From Rhizobium sp. Q54 (lineage in GTDB: Bacteria; Pseudomonadota; Alphaproteobacteria; UBA2966; CAIVPW01): a stretch of 64,000 nucleotides of DNA. Positions within the stretch are counted from its first letter, which is position 1. Every line of letters begins with the position of its first letter. The stretch is taken from assembly GCA_945947575.1 (NCBI GenBank), contig CAMEYM010000007.1:26862-90861 (forward strand), written 5' to 3'. Below the pieces are notes generated by a model, which saw nothing but the letters and a program-made list of their open reading frames with translations, ran no database searches and was not told where the DNA came from. The translations under genes and the position numbers were made by a program. Below are positions 1 through 9,843 of the stretch, one piece after another.

Positions 1-1214
1 GGTGCGGATGCTGTGGTTAGCGCCAACCGCAGGCTCTCCGGCAGGTTCAGGAAGAACCGCCGGGCGAACAGCAGTTGGTGTTTCATGTATCCGTAGAAGA
101 CCTCGTCGGCTCCGACGCCGGCGATGCCGAACGTGCATCCCTGTGCAACGGCGACCGCGCCCATCTGCTCCGCCGCCCCGACGGTGATGTTGTCGCTCGG
201 CTGCCCGAACATCCCAAACTGGTACCTCGCCGGTTCGCGGTACTCGTTGTCGGCAGCGACGACGACGCTGTGCGGCAGTCCAAGGGCGGCGGCAACCCAA
301 CGCGATGCAGCCGCCTCATCGTGGGTGGCTCCGGTCGGAAAGCTTACGGTCAGGCAATCCGGCGTCTGGCCCAGGTCACGCGCCATCATGGCGGCGATCA
401 GCGACGAGTCGACGCCACCCGAAAGAAAGATGCACGACCGTACGTCACCAGCGAGCCGAGCGCGCAGGCTGTCCGCCAACGTCTCCTGGATGCGATCCAG
501 TTGCGATTCGGTCAGCGGATGGATCTTGCCACGACCCGGCTCCCCGCGCGGCGGGGTCCAGTAGCGTTGGCGCGAAACGATGCGGCCCCGCGCAACCTTG
601 AGAATGGTTCCGGGCGGAATACGGGTGATGTTCCGGTATGCGGTGTCAGGTGCGAGCACCGACCCGGTCGAGAGGAACGGAAGCAGCCAACGGTCATTGG
701 TCTCCGGGCCGAGGAGCTTGACGAGAGTCCGAAGCTCCGAGCTGACGTACAACCCGTCGGGGGTGTCCGCCAGGTAGAGCGACTTCTCACCGAACCGATC
801 GACGGCCAGCCACCCGACCTCGCCGTCCCAAAGAGCGAACGCAAACATGCCGTCGATGACATCGAGGGACGCCGGGCCGAAATGGCGCCATGCTTCGAGC
901 AGGACCTCCGTATCGCCCGTCGTCGTGAACCTGGCGCCGAGGCCCTCGAGCCGGGCACGCAGTTCGGGAAAGTTGTAGGCCTCGCCGTTGTACGAGATGA
1001 CGTGGCTGTCGCGCGCCAATGGCTGGTTGCTCGAGGCAGAGAGGTCGATGATCGAGAGCCGCCGGTGTCCGAGGTAGACGCCGGCGCGGCGATCCAGCCA
1101 CTCGCCGCCGTTATTCGGGCCGCGATGCGCGAGGCTCGCAGTTCCTTCGCGGCCAACCACGACATCCCTCTCTGTCAGGGGGCGGCGCAGGAACAACGCG
1201 AAGACACCACACAT
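1..1214 (-). CDS. asnB: Asparagine synthase-like glutamine amidotransferase (WbpS/AsnB type, glycan amidation); runs off the left edge
   Basis: Manual translation from ATG at 1214: MCGVFA (Ntn Cys), HRGP, GHRRLSIIDL, YNGE, DTEV, GMFAFALWD, DRFGEKSLY, LSGGVDSS, GADE. It is absent from the ORF track because the stop lies outside the window. Confidence 0.92.
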   Translation of the reverse strand, partial: MCGVFALFLRRPLTERDVVVGREGTASLAHRGPNNGGEWLDRRAGVYLGHRRLSIIDLSASSNQPLARDSHVISYNGEAYNFPELRARLEGLGARFTTTGDTEVLLEAWRHFGPASLDVIDGMFAFALWDGEVGWLAVDRFGEKSLYLADTPDGLYVSSELRTLVKLLGPETNDRWLLPFLSTGSVLAPDTAYRNITRIPPGTILKVARGRIVSRQRYWTPPRGEPGRGKIHPLTESQLDRIQETLADSLRARLAGDVRSCIFLSGGVDSSLIAAMMARDLGQTPDCLTVSFPTGATHDEAAASRWVAAALGLPHSVVVAADNEYREPARYQFGMFGQPSDNITVGAAEQMGAVAVAQGCTFGIAGVGADEVFYGYMKHQLLFARRFFLNLPESLRLALTTASA

Positions 1215-1245
1215 TTCAGATGCTCAAATCTACAGTGGGTAGGGT

Positions 1246-2115
1246 TTAGGCCGCTCCCGGCGAAACCCAGTCACTCACTGCCAGCCGGCCCGCGGCCGAA
1301 GTGCCCGCCGCAGCGAGGCCGGCGCGCGACGACACGAAGTAGTAGAAGCGGCGGCCGTGGAACCCGAGGTCGTAAGCCTCCACCAACTCATAGCCCGCGC
1401 CGAACTTGCCCTCGTTGAGTTCCTTGATTGCGCGCAGCTCGCCGGACAGCGACGAGAAGTAGTTCAGGTAGGTGTCGTCGAAATAGAAGACGCAGCCGTT
1501 CGGGACGATCGGCAGGATCCGGCGGAAGATGTCCACCGTCGAGGAGTAGTAGTCGCAGTCGACAATGACCAGGAATGGCGGGCGCTTGGCGATTTCGGCA
1601 ATGACGGTGTCGGTCAGGCTCTCGCTGAACAGGCCTTTGAACAGCGTAAAGTTCTGGAAGCCATGTTCCTGGAGGCGCTTACGCACGTCCTCTTCGTTGG
1701 CGGCGAAGCTACCGGTCGTCCAGTCCTGCTGCTTGACGCCAATGCCTTCGAAGACGAAGTCGGCCTTGTCGTTGCTCGCCGGCATGCCTTCGAACGTGTC
1801 GAAGCCGTAGTGCCAGACCTTGTCGGAGCCGTTGGCGACCTCGACGAAGTGCAGCAGCCGCTGACTGAGGGCGCCTGCCGAGGTGCCGAACTCCAGGATC
1901 GACGAGGGCCGATCGAGCTTAGGGACGCGTTTCATGATGACGGCGGCAAGCGTGTACTCGCGCTTGCCGAGCGGGGCCGCCTCACGGTTCCGGACCGGCC
2001 CGTGAATCTTGTACCAGATCTTCGTCTGCAGCTTTGCCGGAAGGAGGCGCAGGATCCATCGGCCGAGCAAGACCGACAGAACGACGCGTATCCAATAGAA
2101 TCGCAAATAGATCAA
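1246..2115 (-). CDS. TylF/MycF/NovP-family O-methyltransferase
   Basis: LEFGTSAG, GFDTFEGMP, KGLFSESL, VDCDYYSST and FDD motifs; TTG start with a purine-rich RBS. Confidence 0.8.
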   Translation of the reverse strand: MIYLRFYWIRVVLSVLLGRWILRLLPAKLQTKIWYKIHGPVRNREAAPLGKREYTLAAVIMKRVPKLDRPSSILEFGTSAGALSQRLLHFVEVANGSDKVWHYGFDTFEGMPASNDKADFVFEGIGVKQQDWTTGSFAANEEDVRKRLQEHGFQNFTLFKGLFSESLTDTVIAEIAKRPPFLVIVDCDYYSSTVDIFRRILPIVPNGCVFYFDDTYLNYFSSLSGELRAIKELNEGKFGAGYELVEAYDLGFHGRRFYYFVSSRAGLAAAGTSAAGRLAVSDWVSPGAA

Positions 2116-2165
2116 GCTAGGCCCCCTTCATTATTCTCATCTGGATCGCGATGGCCGTCCCTGAC

Positions 2166-3056
2166 TCAGGCCGTGCGCCAACGGCGCGGATCGATGAGGG
2201 CCTCGTCGGGCGGCGGTTCGGGCAGGTCGAATTTTGGCGAGTTCGGCCCGGCGGTATCCCAGGCGTCCAGGACCTGCCTGAGTTCCTGCGTCGTCGTGAC
2301 GCCAACCAGCACGGTGTCGACGCCGCCGACGTTGCGCGCAAAGGACAGCGCGGCCGCAAGGGGCGACAGACCCGCGAACTCGCCCGCCTTGCGAAAGGCT
2401 TCCACATAGGGCCGAACGCCCAACAGATGGGCCGGCAACTCCTCGGGGCGCATCAACAGGGCGCCCTGCAGGAACACTGATCGAACGTGAACCGCCACTC
2501 CGATGGAGGCGAGTTTCGCGACGTGACCGCTGCGCACTAGACGCTGATCGAGTGCGCTCAAGGGCAGCTGGACGATGTCGGGTCGGAATCGGCGCAGCAC
2601 GGCGTCGATCTGATTGCCGTCATAGGCCGAGACGCCGATGGCAGAGACGCGTCCGGAAGCTCTGAGCGATTCCAGCGCGCCGACAAAGCGTTCGCCAGAC
2701 GGCTTCAGCAGGTCTGCAACGTGATGAATCAGGACTCCGAAGATCTTCGATTGTCCCAAGCGCGCGAGCGACGCGTCGAGGTCCCTGTGGATATTCTCCA
2801 CTTCCGCATCACCGATGCTGGCCGCGGCCACGCGGCGAGTCTTGGTGACCAGACGAAAGGTGTGCCGTGCCGGCAGGGAACTACCGATGACCGCTTCCGA
2901 ATCGCCGTACTCCGGCGCCGTGTCGATCACTGAGATGTTGCCGGCTGCAGCCGTTGCAAGCATCCGGGCGACGTCGGCCTGCGCCGGCTTGCCGACACGA
3001 TTGGAAACGCCGTAGTTGAGCCCAAACTGGACCGCGCCGAGACCAAGCGACGCCAC
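2166..3056 (-). CDS. Aldo/keto reductase
   Basis: LGLGAVQFG, IDTAPEYGDSE, VTK, LIHH, IGVSAY, SVFLQG motifs. Confidence 0.88.
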   Translation of the reverse strand: MASLGLGAVQFGLNYGVSNRVGKPAQADVARMLATAAAGNISVIDTAPEYGDSEAVIGSSLPARHTFRLVTKTRRVAAASIGDAEVENIHRDLDASLARLGQSKIFGVLIHHVADLLKPSGERFVGALESLRASGRVSAIGVSAYDGNQIDAVLRRFRPDIVQLPLSALDQRLVRSGHVAKLASIGVAVHVRSVFLQGALLMRPEELPAHLLGVRPYVEAFRKAGEFAGLSPLAAALSFARNVGGVDTVLVGVTTTQELRQVLDAWDTAGPNSPKFDLPEPPPDEALIDPRRWRTA

Positions 3057-3058
3057 GG

Positions 3059-3760
3059 TCAGGGCTCGCCGATCCTTCCGACGCGACGCACCGTCACGAA
3101 CGCTTCGGCTGCCTCACGGCCGCACTGGCCGCCGCGCCAGCGTGCCAGGGCCTCGATGCCTTGGGCCGAACGCGGATGCGGCCACTTGCGCAACTCGCCG
3201 CGATAGGCGCGCATTGCGGCCACCTTGGCGGTCAGGGCGTCTTCGAGGTCGAGGAATTCTGTCGGGATGAAGGGGGGCAGCGTGGCGGGCGCCCATTCGG
3301 TGGACGATGGGACTTCGCACGCAAGCACGACGCGATCGGGAACTCCCGGCAGAGGGCGCGCTGCGGTCGCGACGGCTTGGTGGGTGACGCGATGGTCGAC
3401 GTTCAAGTCGCCGCCGTGGTGGGTGTAAATGCGGGTCGCCGGAAAATCTGCGAGGAAGGCTTCGACGCGGGCCACCACCTTCAGGAGCGGAATCGAGTCC
3501 ATCGCGTTGTCGGGGAAGTCGCGTAACTCGACGCTGCGACCGCCCAAGATCGCGCAAGCTTCTTCCGCCTCGCGACGCAAGGCACGGATTGCCGCCGTGC
3601 TGGTCTTGCCGCGCGACGTTAGGCCGGTCGCCAGGATCAGGATGCGAACCTCGTCGCCCCGACGCGCATGCAGGCTGAGTGCGCCGCCACAGCCGAGCAC
3701 CTCGTCGTCTGGATGCGCGAAGATGGCGGCGACGCGCGCTAGCGCGCCGGCCGACGTCAT
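3059..3760 (-). CDS. PIG-L/LmbE-family N-deacetylase
   Basis: AHPDDEVLGCGG metal motif, DFPDN, HHGGDLNVDH, AEAF; start assigned to ATG 3760. Confidence 0.9.
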   Translation of the reverse strand: MTSAGALARVAAIFAHPDDEVLGCGGALSLHARRGDEVRILILATGLTSRGKTSTAAIRALRREAEEACAILGGRSVELRDFPDNAMDSIPLLKVVARVEAFLADFPATRIYTHHGGDLNVDHRVTHQAVATAARPLPGVPDRVVLACEVPSSTEWAPATLPPFIPTEFLDLEDALTAKVAAMRAYRGELRKWPHPRSAQGIEALARWRGGQCGREAAEAFVTVRRVGRIGEP

Positions 3761-3770
3761 GCGCGAGGGC

Positions 3771-4466
3771 TTAGGGTTTGTGGGCACAGACGATGAACTC
3801 GGTGATCTCGCTGTTGAAGTACTTGTGCGAGGTGAAGCCGATGTCGTCGATCACGAATCCTGCGTTCCGCAGCAACGCTGCCAGCTTCTGCCCGTCCGGC
3901 GGGCAGTACGTCGGCACGGGCTCTTCCTTGCCGCTCAGTCCGCGGAACTCGTAGGTGTCCTCGCCGATCACCTTGCAGTTGCGGGCGAAGTCGGCGTTCG
4001 GGCCGTTGATGTCGGCGATGATCTTGGCGCCCGGCTTGGCGACCCGGAAGAATTCGCGCAGCAGAGTCTCGACGCGTTCGCGGGAGGCAAGGAGCGACAG
4101 CACGCCCATGCACACGACGTAGTCGAAATGTGCATCGGGGAACGAAAGGCGCGTGGCGCTGACGTCCACCTGGCTCAGGCGCGCACGCTGCCTCAGGTCA
4201 GGACGCGCGTCGAGCTTGCGCTCGACCATCTTGACCGCGCTGGCCGACGCGTCGAGGCCCTCGACGGTGTAGCCGCGCTCCAAGAGGTGCAGGAGGTTCA
4301 CGCCGGCGCCGAACGCGTACTCAAGCGCCAGGCCGGGCTGGGCGCCGAAGAACCAGCGCTCCAGGCGCACCAGGTCGATGGACGGGTAACGCTTTTCGGC
4401 GATGCCGTCGGCGAATGCCTTGTCCCATTTGGCGGCGACGGCGGGATGGACGAGCGTCAAAGCCAT
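3771..4466 (-). CDS. Class I SAM-dependent methyltransferase
   Basis: LEYAFGAGVN motif I-like, GLDAS, FPDAHFDYV. Confidence 0.82.
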   Translation of the reverse strand: MALTLVHPAVAAKWDKAFADGIAEKRYPSIDLVRLERWFFGAQPGLALEYAFGAGVNLLHLLERGYTVEGLDASASAVKMVERKLDARPDLRQRARLSQVDVSATRLSFPDAHFDYVVCMGVLSLLASRERVETLLREFFRVAKPGAKIIADINGPNADFARNCKVIGEDTYEFRGLSGKEEPVPTYCPPDGQKLAALLRNAGFVIDDIGFTSHKYFNSEITEFIVCAHKP

Positions 4467-4482
4467 GGAATTCTGAAACCCC

Positions 4483-5445
4483 CTAGTATCCGCGCGCCTT
4501 GTCGACAACGTTGTAGAGCGGCTCGTTGCGGACGAACCTCTGAATGTTGGCGCGCATGAGCGTGGCGCTCCGCTCGCGGTTGTAGTCAGAAAGGCCTGCG
4601 ATATGCGGCGTGATGATGACGTTGTCCATCGACCGCAACGGATGATCCGCCGGCAATGGCTCCGGGTCGGTCACGTCGAGGCCCGCGCCGGCGATGGTCT
4701 TCGCCCGCAAAGCGGCAAGCAGCGCCTCGGTATCGGTATTCGCACCGCGCGATACGGAGACGTAGAGCGCCGCCCGCTTCATCGCGGCGAACTGCGGCGT
4801 GGCCATCATGCGCATGGAGCGCGGGGTGTTCGGCGCTGCCATGACGACGACGTCAGACGCAGCCAAGCCCTCGGAAAGCCGATCGAGTGGGATGAATCGC
4901 TCGATGGCACTCACCATCGGGACGTAGTCCTCGTCGGCCGCCAGCACCTTCATCCCGAATGCGCGCGCGCGTTCGGCGACGAGGAGGCCGATGCCGCCCA
5001 CTCCGATGACTAACATCGTCTTGCGATACAACTCGAGCGGCCGCGGCTGCGACGCCGATGCGTTGCGCAGCACGAGGTGGATGTTGCGCGCCAGTGACAG
5101 CAGAAGCGCCAGCGCATGGTCCGCGACTTCGGGTCCCTGAATGATCCGACCGTTGGTGAAGACGATGTCGCTCTCGACGAACTCCGGAATCATGAACTCT
5201 TCGCAGCCGGCGCCGCCGAGGTGAACCCAGCGTAGCGTGTCGCCCGCCAGGCTAAGGATGTCGGGACTGAAGAGTTTGCGCGGACAGTTCAACAGCCCAT
5301 GGATGTCGGGCAGCGCCGCCTGGATGGCCTCCAGGGTATCGGGACAATAGGCAAACTCCGCCCCGTCGATGCCGGCAGTGATCTTGCTTGCGTGCTCGGG
5401 CGGCATGCCCCGGGACGTTACGAACAAGATGCGCGGCTTCTTCAT
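4483..5445 (-). CDS. D-2-hydroxyacid dehydrogenase (NAD-dependent)
   Basis: IGVGGIG Rossmann motif, VSRG, LDVTDPEP, TPHIAG; start MKKPRI at 5445. Confidence 0.88.
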   Translation of the reverse strand: MKKPRILFVTSRGMPPEHASKITAGIDGAEFAYCPDTLEAIQAALPDIHGLLNCPRKLFSPDILSLAGDTLRWVHLGGAGCEEFMIPEFVESDIVFTNGRIIQGPEVADHALALLLSLARNIHLVLRNASASQPRPLELYRKTMLVIGVGGIGLLVAERARAFGMKVLAADEDYVPMVSAIERFIPLDRLSEGLAASDVVVMAAPNTPRSMRMMATPQFAAMKRAALYVSVSRGANTDTEALLAALRAKTIAGAGLDVTDPEPLPADHPLRSMDNVIITPHIAGLSDYNRERSATLMRANIQRFVRNEPLYNVVDKARGY

Positions 5446-6011
5446 CGATTGGCTTCCGTTGGTGCGTGAGGCGAGGAGGGGGATGACGGGGGGGCGAGGC
5501 GCGCCATCTGTAACACGTCGCAGAACGCTCCCTCGAACCAGGCATGGTCCTTGAGAATGGCGTCGTGGAAATACCCCGCCTTCTCGAAGCAGCGGCGGCT
5601 GGCCACGTTGGGCGCAAAGATTCCCGCGCTGAGCTTGTGGAGGCGGAGCGACGCGAAAGCGAAGTCGGTCACAAGCACGACTGCCGCGCTTGCGATTCCG
5701 CGGCCCCAGTGCGGCCTGCTGCCGACGATCAGCGCCACCTCGGCGCGAGCGTGCCGCCGACGGATGTGGGTCAGGCGGATATTGCCGACGTGCGTTCCAT
5801 CGAAATGAATGGCCCACAGTGCGCTATCGGGCGAAGTGACCGTGTTTTCGACATAGGCGCGCGCACTCTGCAGCGTCTGGCCGGCCGATACTTCCGTGAA
5901 GCGTGTGACCACGGGGTCATTGAGCCAGCCAACGTAGGCTTCGGTGACTTGCGCCGGCTCTAGCGGGGCCAGCCGCACCGGACCGTCACCATTGATTGTG
6001 GGAACGCGCAC
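5442..6011 (-). CDS. GNAT N-acetyltransferase (RimJ/PseH-like)
   Basis: HVGNIRL, WGRGIAS, NVASRRCFEKAGY; GTG start at 6011 assumed. Confidence 0.8.
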   Translation of the reverse strand: MRVPTINGDGPVRLAPLEPAQVTEAYVGWLNDPVVTRFTEVSAGQTLQSARAYVENTVTSPDSALWAIHFDGTHVGNIRLTHIRRRHARAEVALIVGSRPHWGRGIASAAVVLVTDFAFASLRLHKLSAGIFAPNVASRRCFEKAGYFHDAILKDHAWFEGAFCDVLQMARLAPPSSPSSPHAPTEANR

Positions 6012-6016
6012 GGAGG

Positions 6017-7324
6017 CTAGTTGGAGCGAACCTGGAACACGGGCTCGATCGGGTGTCCGCGCAGGAAGCGCGCCGGATCGGGAGACTGGATGGCATCGCG
6101 TACCACCGCGGCCGCGCGCTCCCAAGCGGATAGGGTTAGGCGCAGCACTTCGGGATCGTCGTGAGTCAGGGCGATGTTGATGACGCCGCTGCCGAGGACG
6201 CCGTTGGCGACAAGCTCCTGGCGGAGCACGCTCGAGACGATGCGATCCTGGACGCCGCCACCGGTCACCCGGATCACCGGATGCCAGGGCATGCCTTGAA
6301 CCACAATCCTATGCGCAACTGCGGCCCGCGCGAGAATGTCGTTGATCCCAGCGATCAGGCGCTCGCCGACGGCGTGGATGCGAGCGACGGCGTTGGTGCG
6401 CTCCAGCTTGTCGATGGTGGCGAGCGACGCCGCAAGGGACAGCGTTTCGCCACCAAACGTGCCCGAGAAGAAGATGTCCTCCATGCGCCGCATGATCGCG
6501 CCGCGGCCCACGACGGCCGCGATCGGCATGCCGTTGCCCATTGCCTTGCCGAAGGCGGCGAGGTCAGGAGTCACGCCGTAGTACCTCTGTGCGCCGCCGA
6601 GGTCGAGCCGGAAGCCGGTGACGATCTCGTCGAATACCAGTACGACTCCGTAGCGCTCGGTGAGGGACCGCAATCCCTTGAGGAACTCCGCCGAGCCCCC
6701 GAGGCCCCCGACCGGCTCTATGACGATGGCGGCGAAGTCGTTCCGGTTGTGCGCCAGAACGTCTTCAAATACCTGCAGGTCTCCGTAGGGGAGGGAGATC
6801 GATAAGTCGCGCACCGCGTTCGGCACGCCGAGGTGCCGTGTCGTGGTGCCAATGTACCAGTCGTGCCAGCCGTGATAGCCGCACACGATGACGCGGTCGC
6901 GGCCGGTGTGCGCTCGTGCGAGCCGCACCGCCGCCGACGTGGCGTCGGATCCATTCTTGCCGAAACGGACCATCTCGGCGCATGGGATGAGGCGCACCAA
7001 GCGCTCGGCAACTTGCACCTCGAGTTCGGTGGCGAGCGAAAAGATGATGCCTTTTTCCAGCTGCGCCCGAATCGCAGCGTCGACGTCCGGATCGCAATAG
7101 CCGAGGACGATGGGCATCAGGCCGAGCACGTAGTCGATGTACTCGTTGCCGTCGACGTCCCAGACTCGGCATCCCTTGCCACGGTCGAGAAACAGGGGCG
7201 AAGCGCCGCGCACGAAGTTCATCGCCGACTTCGAGAATGTCTGTGAGGCGAGAGGAATCGTCTTGAGCGCGCGCTCATAGAGTGCGTTGGATCGGGCAAA
7301 CGTGGGCGTGCGTGCGTTTGTCAC
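6017..7324 (-). CDS. Class III PLP aminotransferase (GSA-aminomutase/KdnA-like)
   Basis: DVDGNEYIDY, KNGSDATSAAVRLAR, FDEIVTGFR, PDLAAFGKAMGNG, SGTFGG. Confidence 0.9.
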   Translation of the reverse strand: MTNARTPTFARSNALYERALKTIPLASQTFSKSAMNFVRGASPLFLDRGKGCRVWDVDGNEYIDYVLGLMPIVLGYCDPDVDAAIRAQLEKGIIFSLATELEVQVAERLVRLIPCAEMVRFGKNGSDATSAAVRLARAHTGRDRVIVCGYHGWHDWYIGTTTRHLGVPNAVRDLSISLPYGDLQVFEDVLAHNRNDFAAIVIEPVGGLGGSAEFLKGLRSLTERYGVVLVFDEIVTGFRLDLGGAQRYYGVTPDLAAFGKAMGNGMPIAAVVGRGAIMRRMEDIFFSGTFGGETLSLAASLATIDKLERTNAVARIHAVGERLIAGINDILARAAVAHRIVVQGMPWHPVIRVTGGGVQDRIVSSVLRQELVANGVLGSGVINIALTHDDPEVLRLTLSAWERAAAVVRDAIQSPDPARFLRGHPIEPVFQVRSN

Positions 7325-7328
7325 GAGA

Positions 7329-8132
7329 CTACTTGCGTTTGCGGAACCGCATCAGCTTGAGCGGCGCGAAGTCTCCTACCGCGGGCAGGCGGCACGACAG
7401 CTTGTTGATCTCGGCGAGATAGTCGGGATCCTTGTCCGCCGGCGTGACGTAGGCGTTGAACACGCGGCTGATCAAATAGTAGAGGCTGGCGAATCGGTCC
7501 GTCTCGACGTGCTCGAGCTGCTCCGGTAGCCGCGCCAGCACATCGCTCTCGCGCATGTACAGGTTGTGCCACTTGTAAGAGATCGCCGGCAGGCCGACGG
7601 ACTGGCGCAACTCGTTGATGCGCTCCTGACCCTCCTCGAAGTGCTCGATCATCACGATCTCGCCGCCGGGCGGCAGGATCGCGGCGAGATTAGCGAGGGC
7701 CCGCGCTTGGTCATCGCGTGAAGGCAGGTTGATCAAGCACCGCACGGTGAAGATCTGGGGGAACATACCCAGGTGGCGCAAGTCCTCCAGGACGCTGGCG
7801 ACGGCGAACTTCAGCGGGACTCGAGGAGAACGCTCCTTAGCGAGACCGTTGGCGACGGCGATCATCCGATCCGAATAGTCCACGCCCGTTAGCGGTGCTT
7901 CGAACCACTCGGTCATCTGCAGCAAGTTGACGCCGTTGCCACAGCCGACCTCTAGCGCCGGAACCTTGCGATCTAGGTGCTGCTGCAAAGCCGCGACCTC
8001 CAGCTCCTTGGCGAGTGGGTCGTACATCGTTGCCTTGAGGTCGGCGCCGTAGCGTTCGGCCTGGCCGTTCCAGAAGGCGCGGATCTCGTCGACGGAGTGG
8101 CCTGTTTGCATGCGGGTGGCTGCTTCGGTCAT
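7329..8132 (-). CDS. Class I SAM-dependent methyltransferase
   Basis: LEVGCGNG, GVDYS; ATG 8132 overlaps the upstream stop (ATGA). Confidence 0.82.
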   Translation of the reverse strand: MTEAATRMQTGHSVDEIRAFWNGQAERYGADLKATMYDPLAKELEVAALQQHLDRKVPALEVGCGNGVNLLQMTEWFEAPLTGVDYSDRMIAVANGLAKERSPRVPLKFAVASVLEDLRHLGMFPQIFTVRCLINLPSRDDQARALANLAAILPPGGEIVMIEHFEEGQERINELRQSVGLPAISYKWHNLYMRESDVLARLPEQLEHVETDRFASLYYLISRVFNAYVTPADKDPDYLAEINKLSCRLPAVGDFAPLKLMRFRKRK

Positions 8133-8875
8133 GGACGGGCCTGTATGGCTGAGGAAGGGGCTGGCTGCGTGATTCCCAGCAGGTGCGGCGCGCGCATGGC
8201 TGCCGATAGCGCCTGCATCCAGGTGTACCCGGCGGGCAGCAGCGCGATCAATTCGCGGATGCGGGCGAGGTCGGCAGGCGTGTCCAGCGTCCAGCGGACG
8301 AAGCCAAAGTCGGCGGGCGCCAGCAGATTGCCAACGCGGAAGCCGCCCGCGCCATATTGCGGATGCGATCCGCGAATGAAGGGCGTTACATGCTCGCGCA
8401 GGAATGGATGACGCGCTTCCTCGTCGGCGCGGCGCAAGGCGTCGGCGCTGAATACTTCGCAGTCGAGGCCGTCCGGGAAGCTGCGTACATTGGCGTTCGA
8501 GGTGTAGTCGTAGGAGTCGGTGTCGAACAGCGCGAACGTCTGGTCGATCAGCGCAGGATCGATCATCGGGCAATCCGCGGTAAGGCGCACGACGACGCGT
8601 GCGCCGGTGCGGTCTACAACGCCGACGAACCGGCCGAGGACATCGTGCTCGTCGCCGCGAAACGTCTCGACGCCCAGGCGCTCGCAGAGCGCGACCACTG
8701 GATCGTCGGTCGCATTGGCGGTCGTAGCGACGACGACGTGGTCGATGGACGTCGCCTTGCGCACTCGGGCCAGCATGTGCTCCAGGGCGGGCGACCCGCC
8801 GATGTCGACCAGCACCTTGCCAGGCAGGCGCGTCGACGTCATGCGCGCCTGGATGACAGCCACGACGCGCTGCAT
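8129..8875 (-). CDS. SpsF/PseF-like cytidylyltransferase (CTP_transf_3)
   Basis: IQARMTSTRLPGKVL, RGDEHDVLGRF, VRLTADCP, REHVT, WTLDTPAD. Confidence 0.88.
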   Translation of the reverse strand: MQRVVAVIQARMTSTRLPGKVLVDIGGSPALEHMLARVRKATSIDHVVVATTANATDDPVVALCERLGVETFRGDEHDVLGRFVGVVDRTGARVVVRLTADCPMIDPALIDQTFALFDTDSYDYTSNANVRSFPDGLDCEVFSADALRRADEEARHPFLREHVTPFIRGSHPQYGAGGFRVGNLLAPADFGFVRWTLDTPADLARIRELIALLPAGYTWMQALSAAMRAPHLLGITQPAPSSAIQARP

Positions 8876-9843
8876 CAGCGGGCGCGCAGCCGGACGTCCG
8901 CGCTGGCGAGGATCGGCCGCATGCGGTCCGCCAGTTCCAAGGCGATGCGACGCTGGCCCTCGGCGGTGCTGGCGCCGATGTGAGGCGTCACCAAAACGCG
9001 CGGATGGCCGAGGAGGGGGTGCGCATAGGACGTACCGGAGGTCTTGTCGAACGGCGGCTCTGGATACAGGACGTCGACGGCCAGGCGCGCGACGCGGCCG
9101 TCGTTCAGTGCCTCCAGCATGGCGGCGTCATCGACCACGGCGCCGCGACACGTGTTGATCAGCAGCAGGCCTGGCTTCGCCGTGACCAACAGCGGGCGCG
9201 AGACCAATGCTCGCGTTCCCTCTGTCAGCGGCACGTGCAGGGTGATCAGGTCGGCCTGCTTGAATACGTCGTTCAACGAAGCCAGGATGCGCCCGCCCAT
9301 GCGTTCGAACGCCGCCGCGTCGCGCGGCGCCGGATCGTGTCCGAGCAGCTTGCAGCCAAAGCTCTGCAGGCGCTTGGCGACCGCCATACCGGCGCGTCCC
9401 AGGCCGACGATGCCGACTGTCATCTCGGCGATCTCTCGGCCTTCGAACAACTGGCGGCGGAAGTCGCCACGTCTCACGGCGGCTGCTGCATCGACGACGT
9501 TGCGCGCCAGCACGACGACGAGGCCGACAGTGAACTCCGCCACCGCCACCGTGTTCTGGTCCGGCGTCGTAATGAGGGCGATCCGCTGGGCCTCCACCGC
9601 ACGCAGATCGATGTTGTCGGTACCCACCCCGGCGCGGCCAATGCACCGCAGGCGCTGGGCTACCCGAAGGAGGTCGGTATCGACGGACGTCACGCTCTTG
9701 ATTACCGCGGCGTCGAAGCCCGGAATCGTGTCGAGCAGCTCGGCGCGGGAAAGGCCCAGATGGACGTCGACCTCGGCATATGCGCGCATGGACTCGACAC
9801 CGTCAGCATGGATCGATTCGAGGATGACGATGCGCGGAGTCAT
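8875..9843 (-). CDS. D-3-phosphoglycerate dehydrogenase-like 2-hydroxyacid dehydrogenase
   Basis: RAGVGTDNID, GIVGLGRAG, LHVPLT, INTCRG, DVLYPEP, TPHIGAST. Confidence 0.87.
   Translation of the reverse strand: MTPRIVILESIHADGVESMRAYAEVDVHLGLSRAELLDTIPGFDAAVIKSVTSVDTDLLRVAQRLRCIGRAGVGTDNIDLRAVEAQRIALITTPDQNTVAVAEFTVGLVVVLARNVVDAAAAVRRGDFRRQLFEGREIAEMTVGIVGLGRAGMAVAKRLQSFGCKLLGHDPAPRDAAAFERMGGRILASLNDVFKQADLITLHVPLTEGTRALVSRPLLVTAKPGLLLINTCRGAVVDDAAMLEALNDGRVARLAVDVLYPEPPFDKTSGTSYAHPLLGHPRVLVTPHIGASTAEGQRRIALELADRMRPILASADVRLRAR

Noticed and set aside
6017-7324. hemL (tetrapyrrole synthesis)
   Set aside because: It is embedded in the glycan operon next to SpsF and GNAT; a sugar aminotransferase role fits better.
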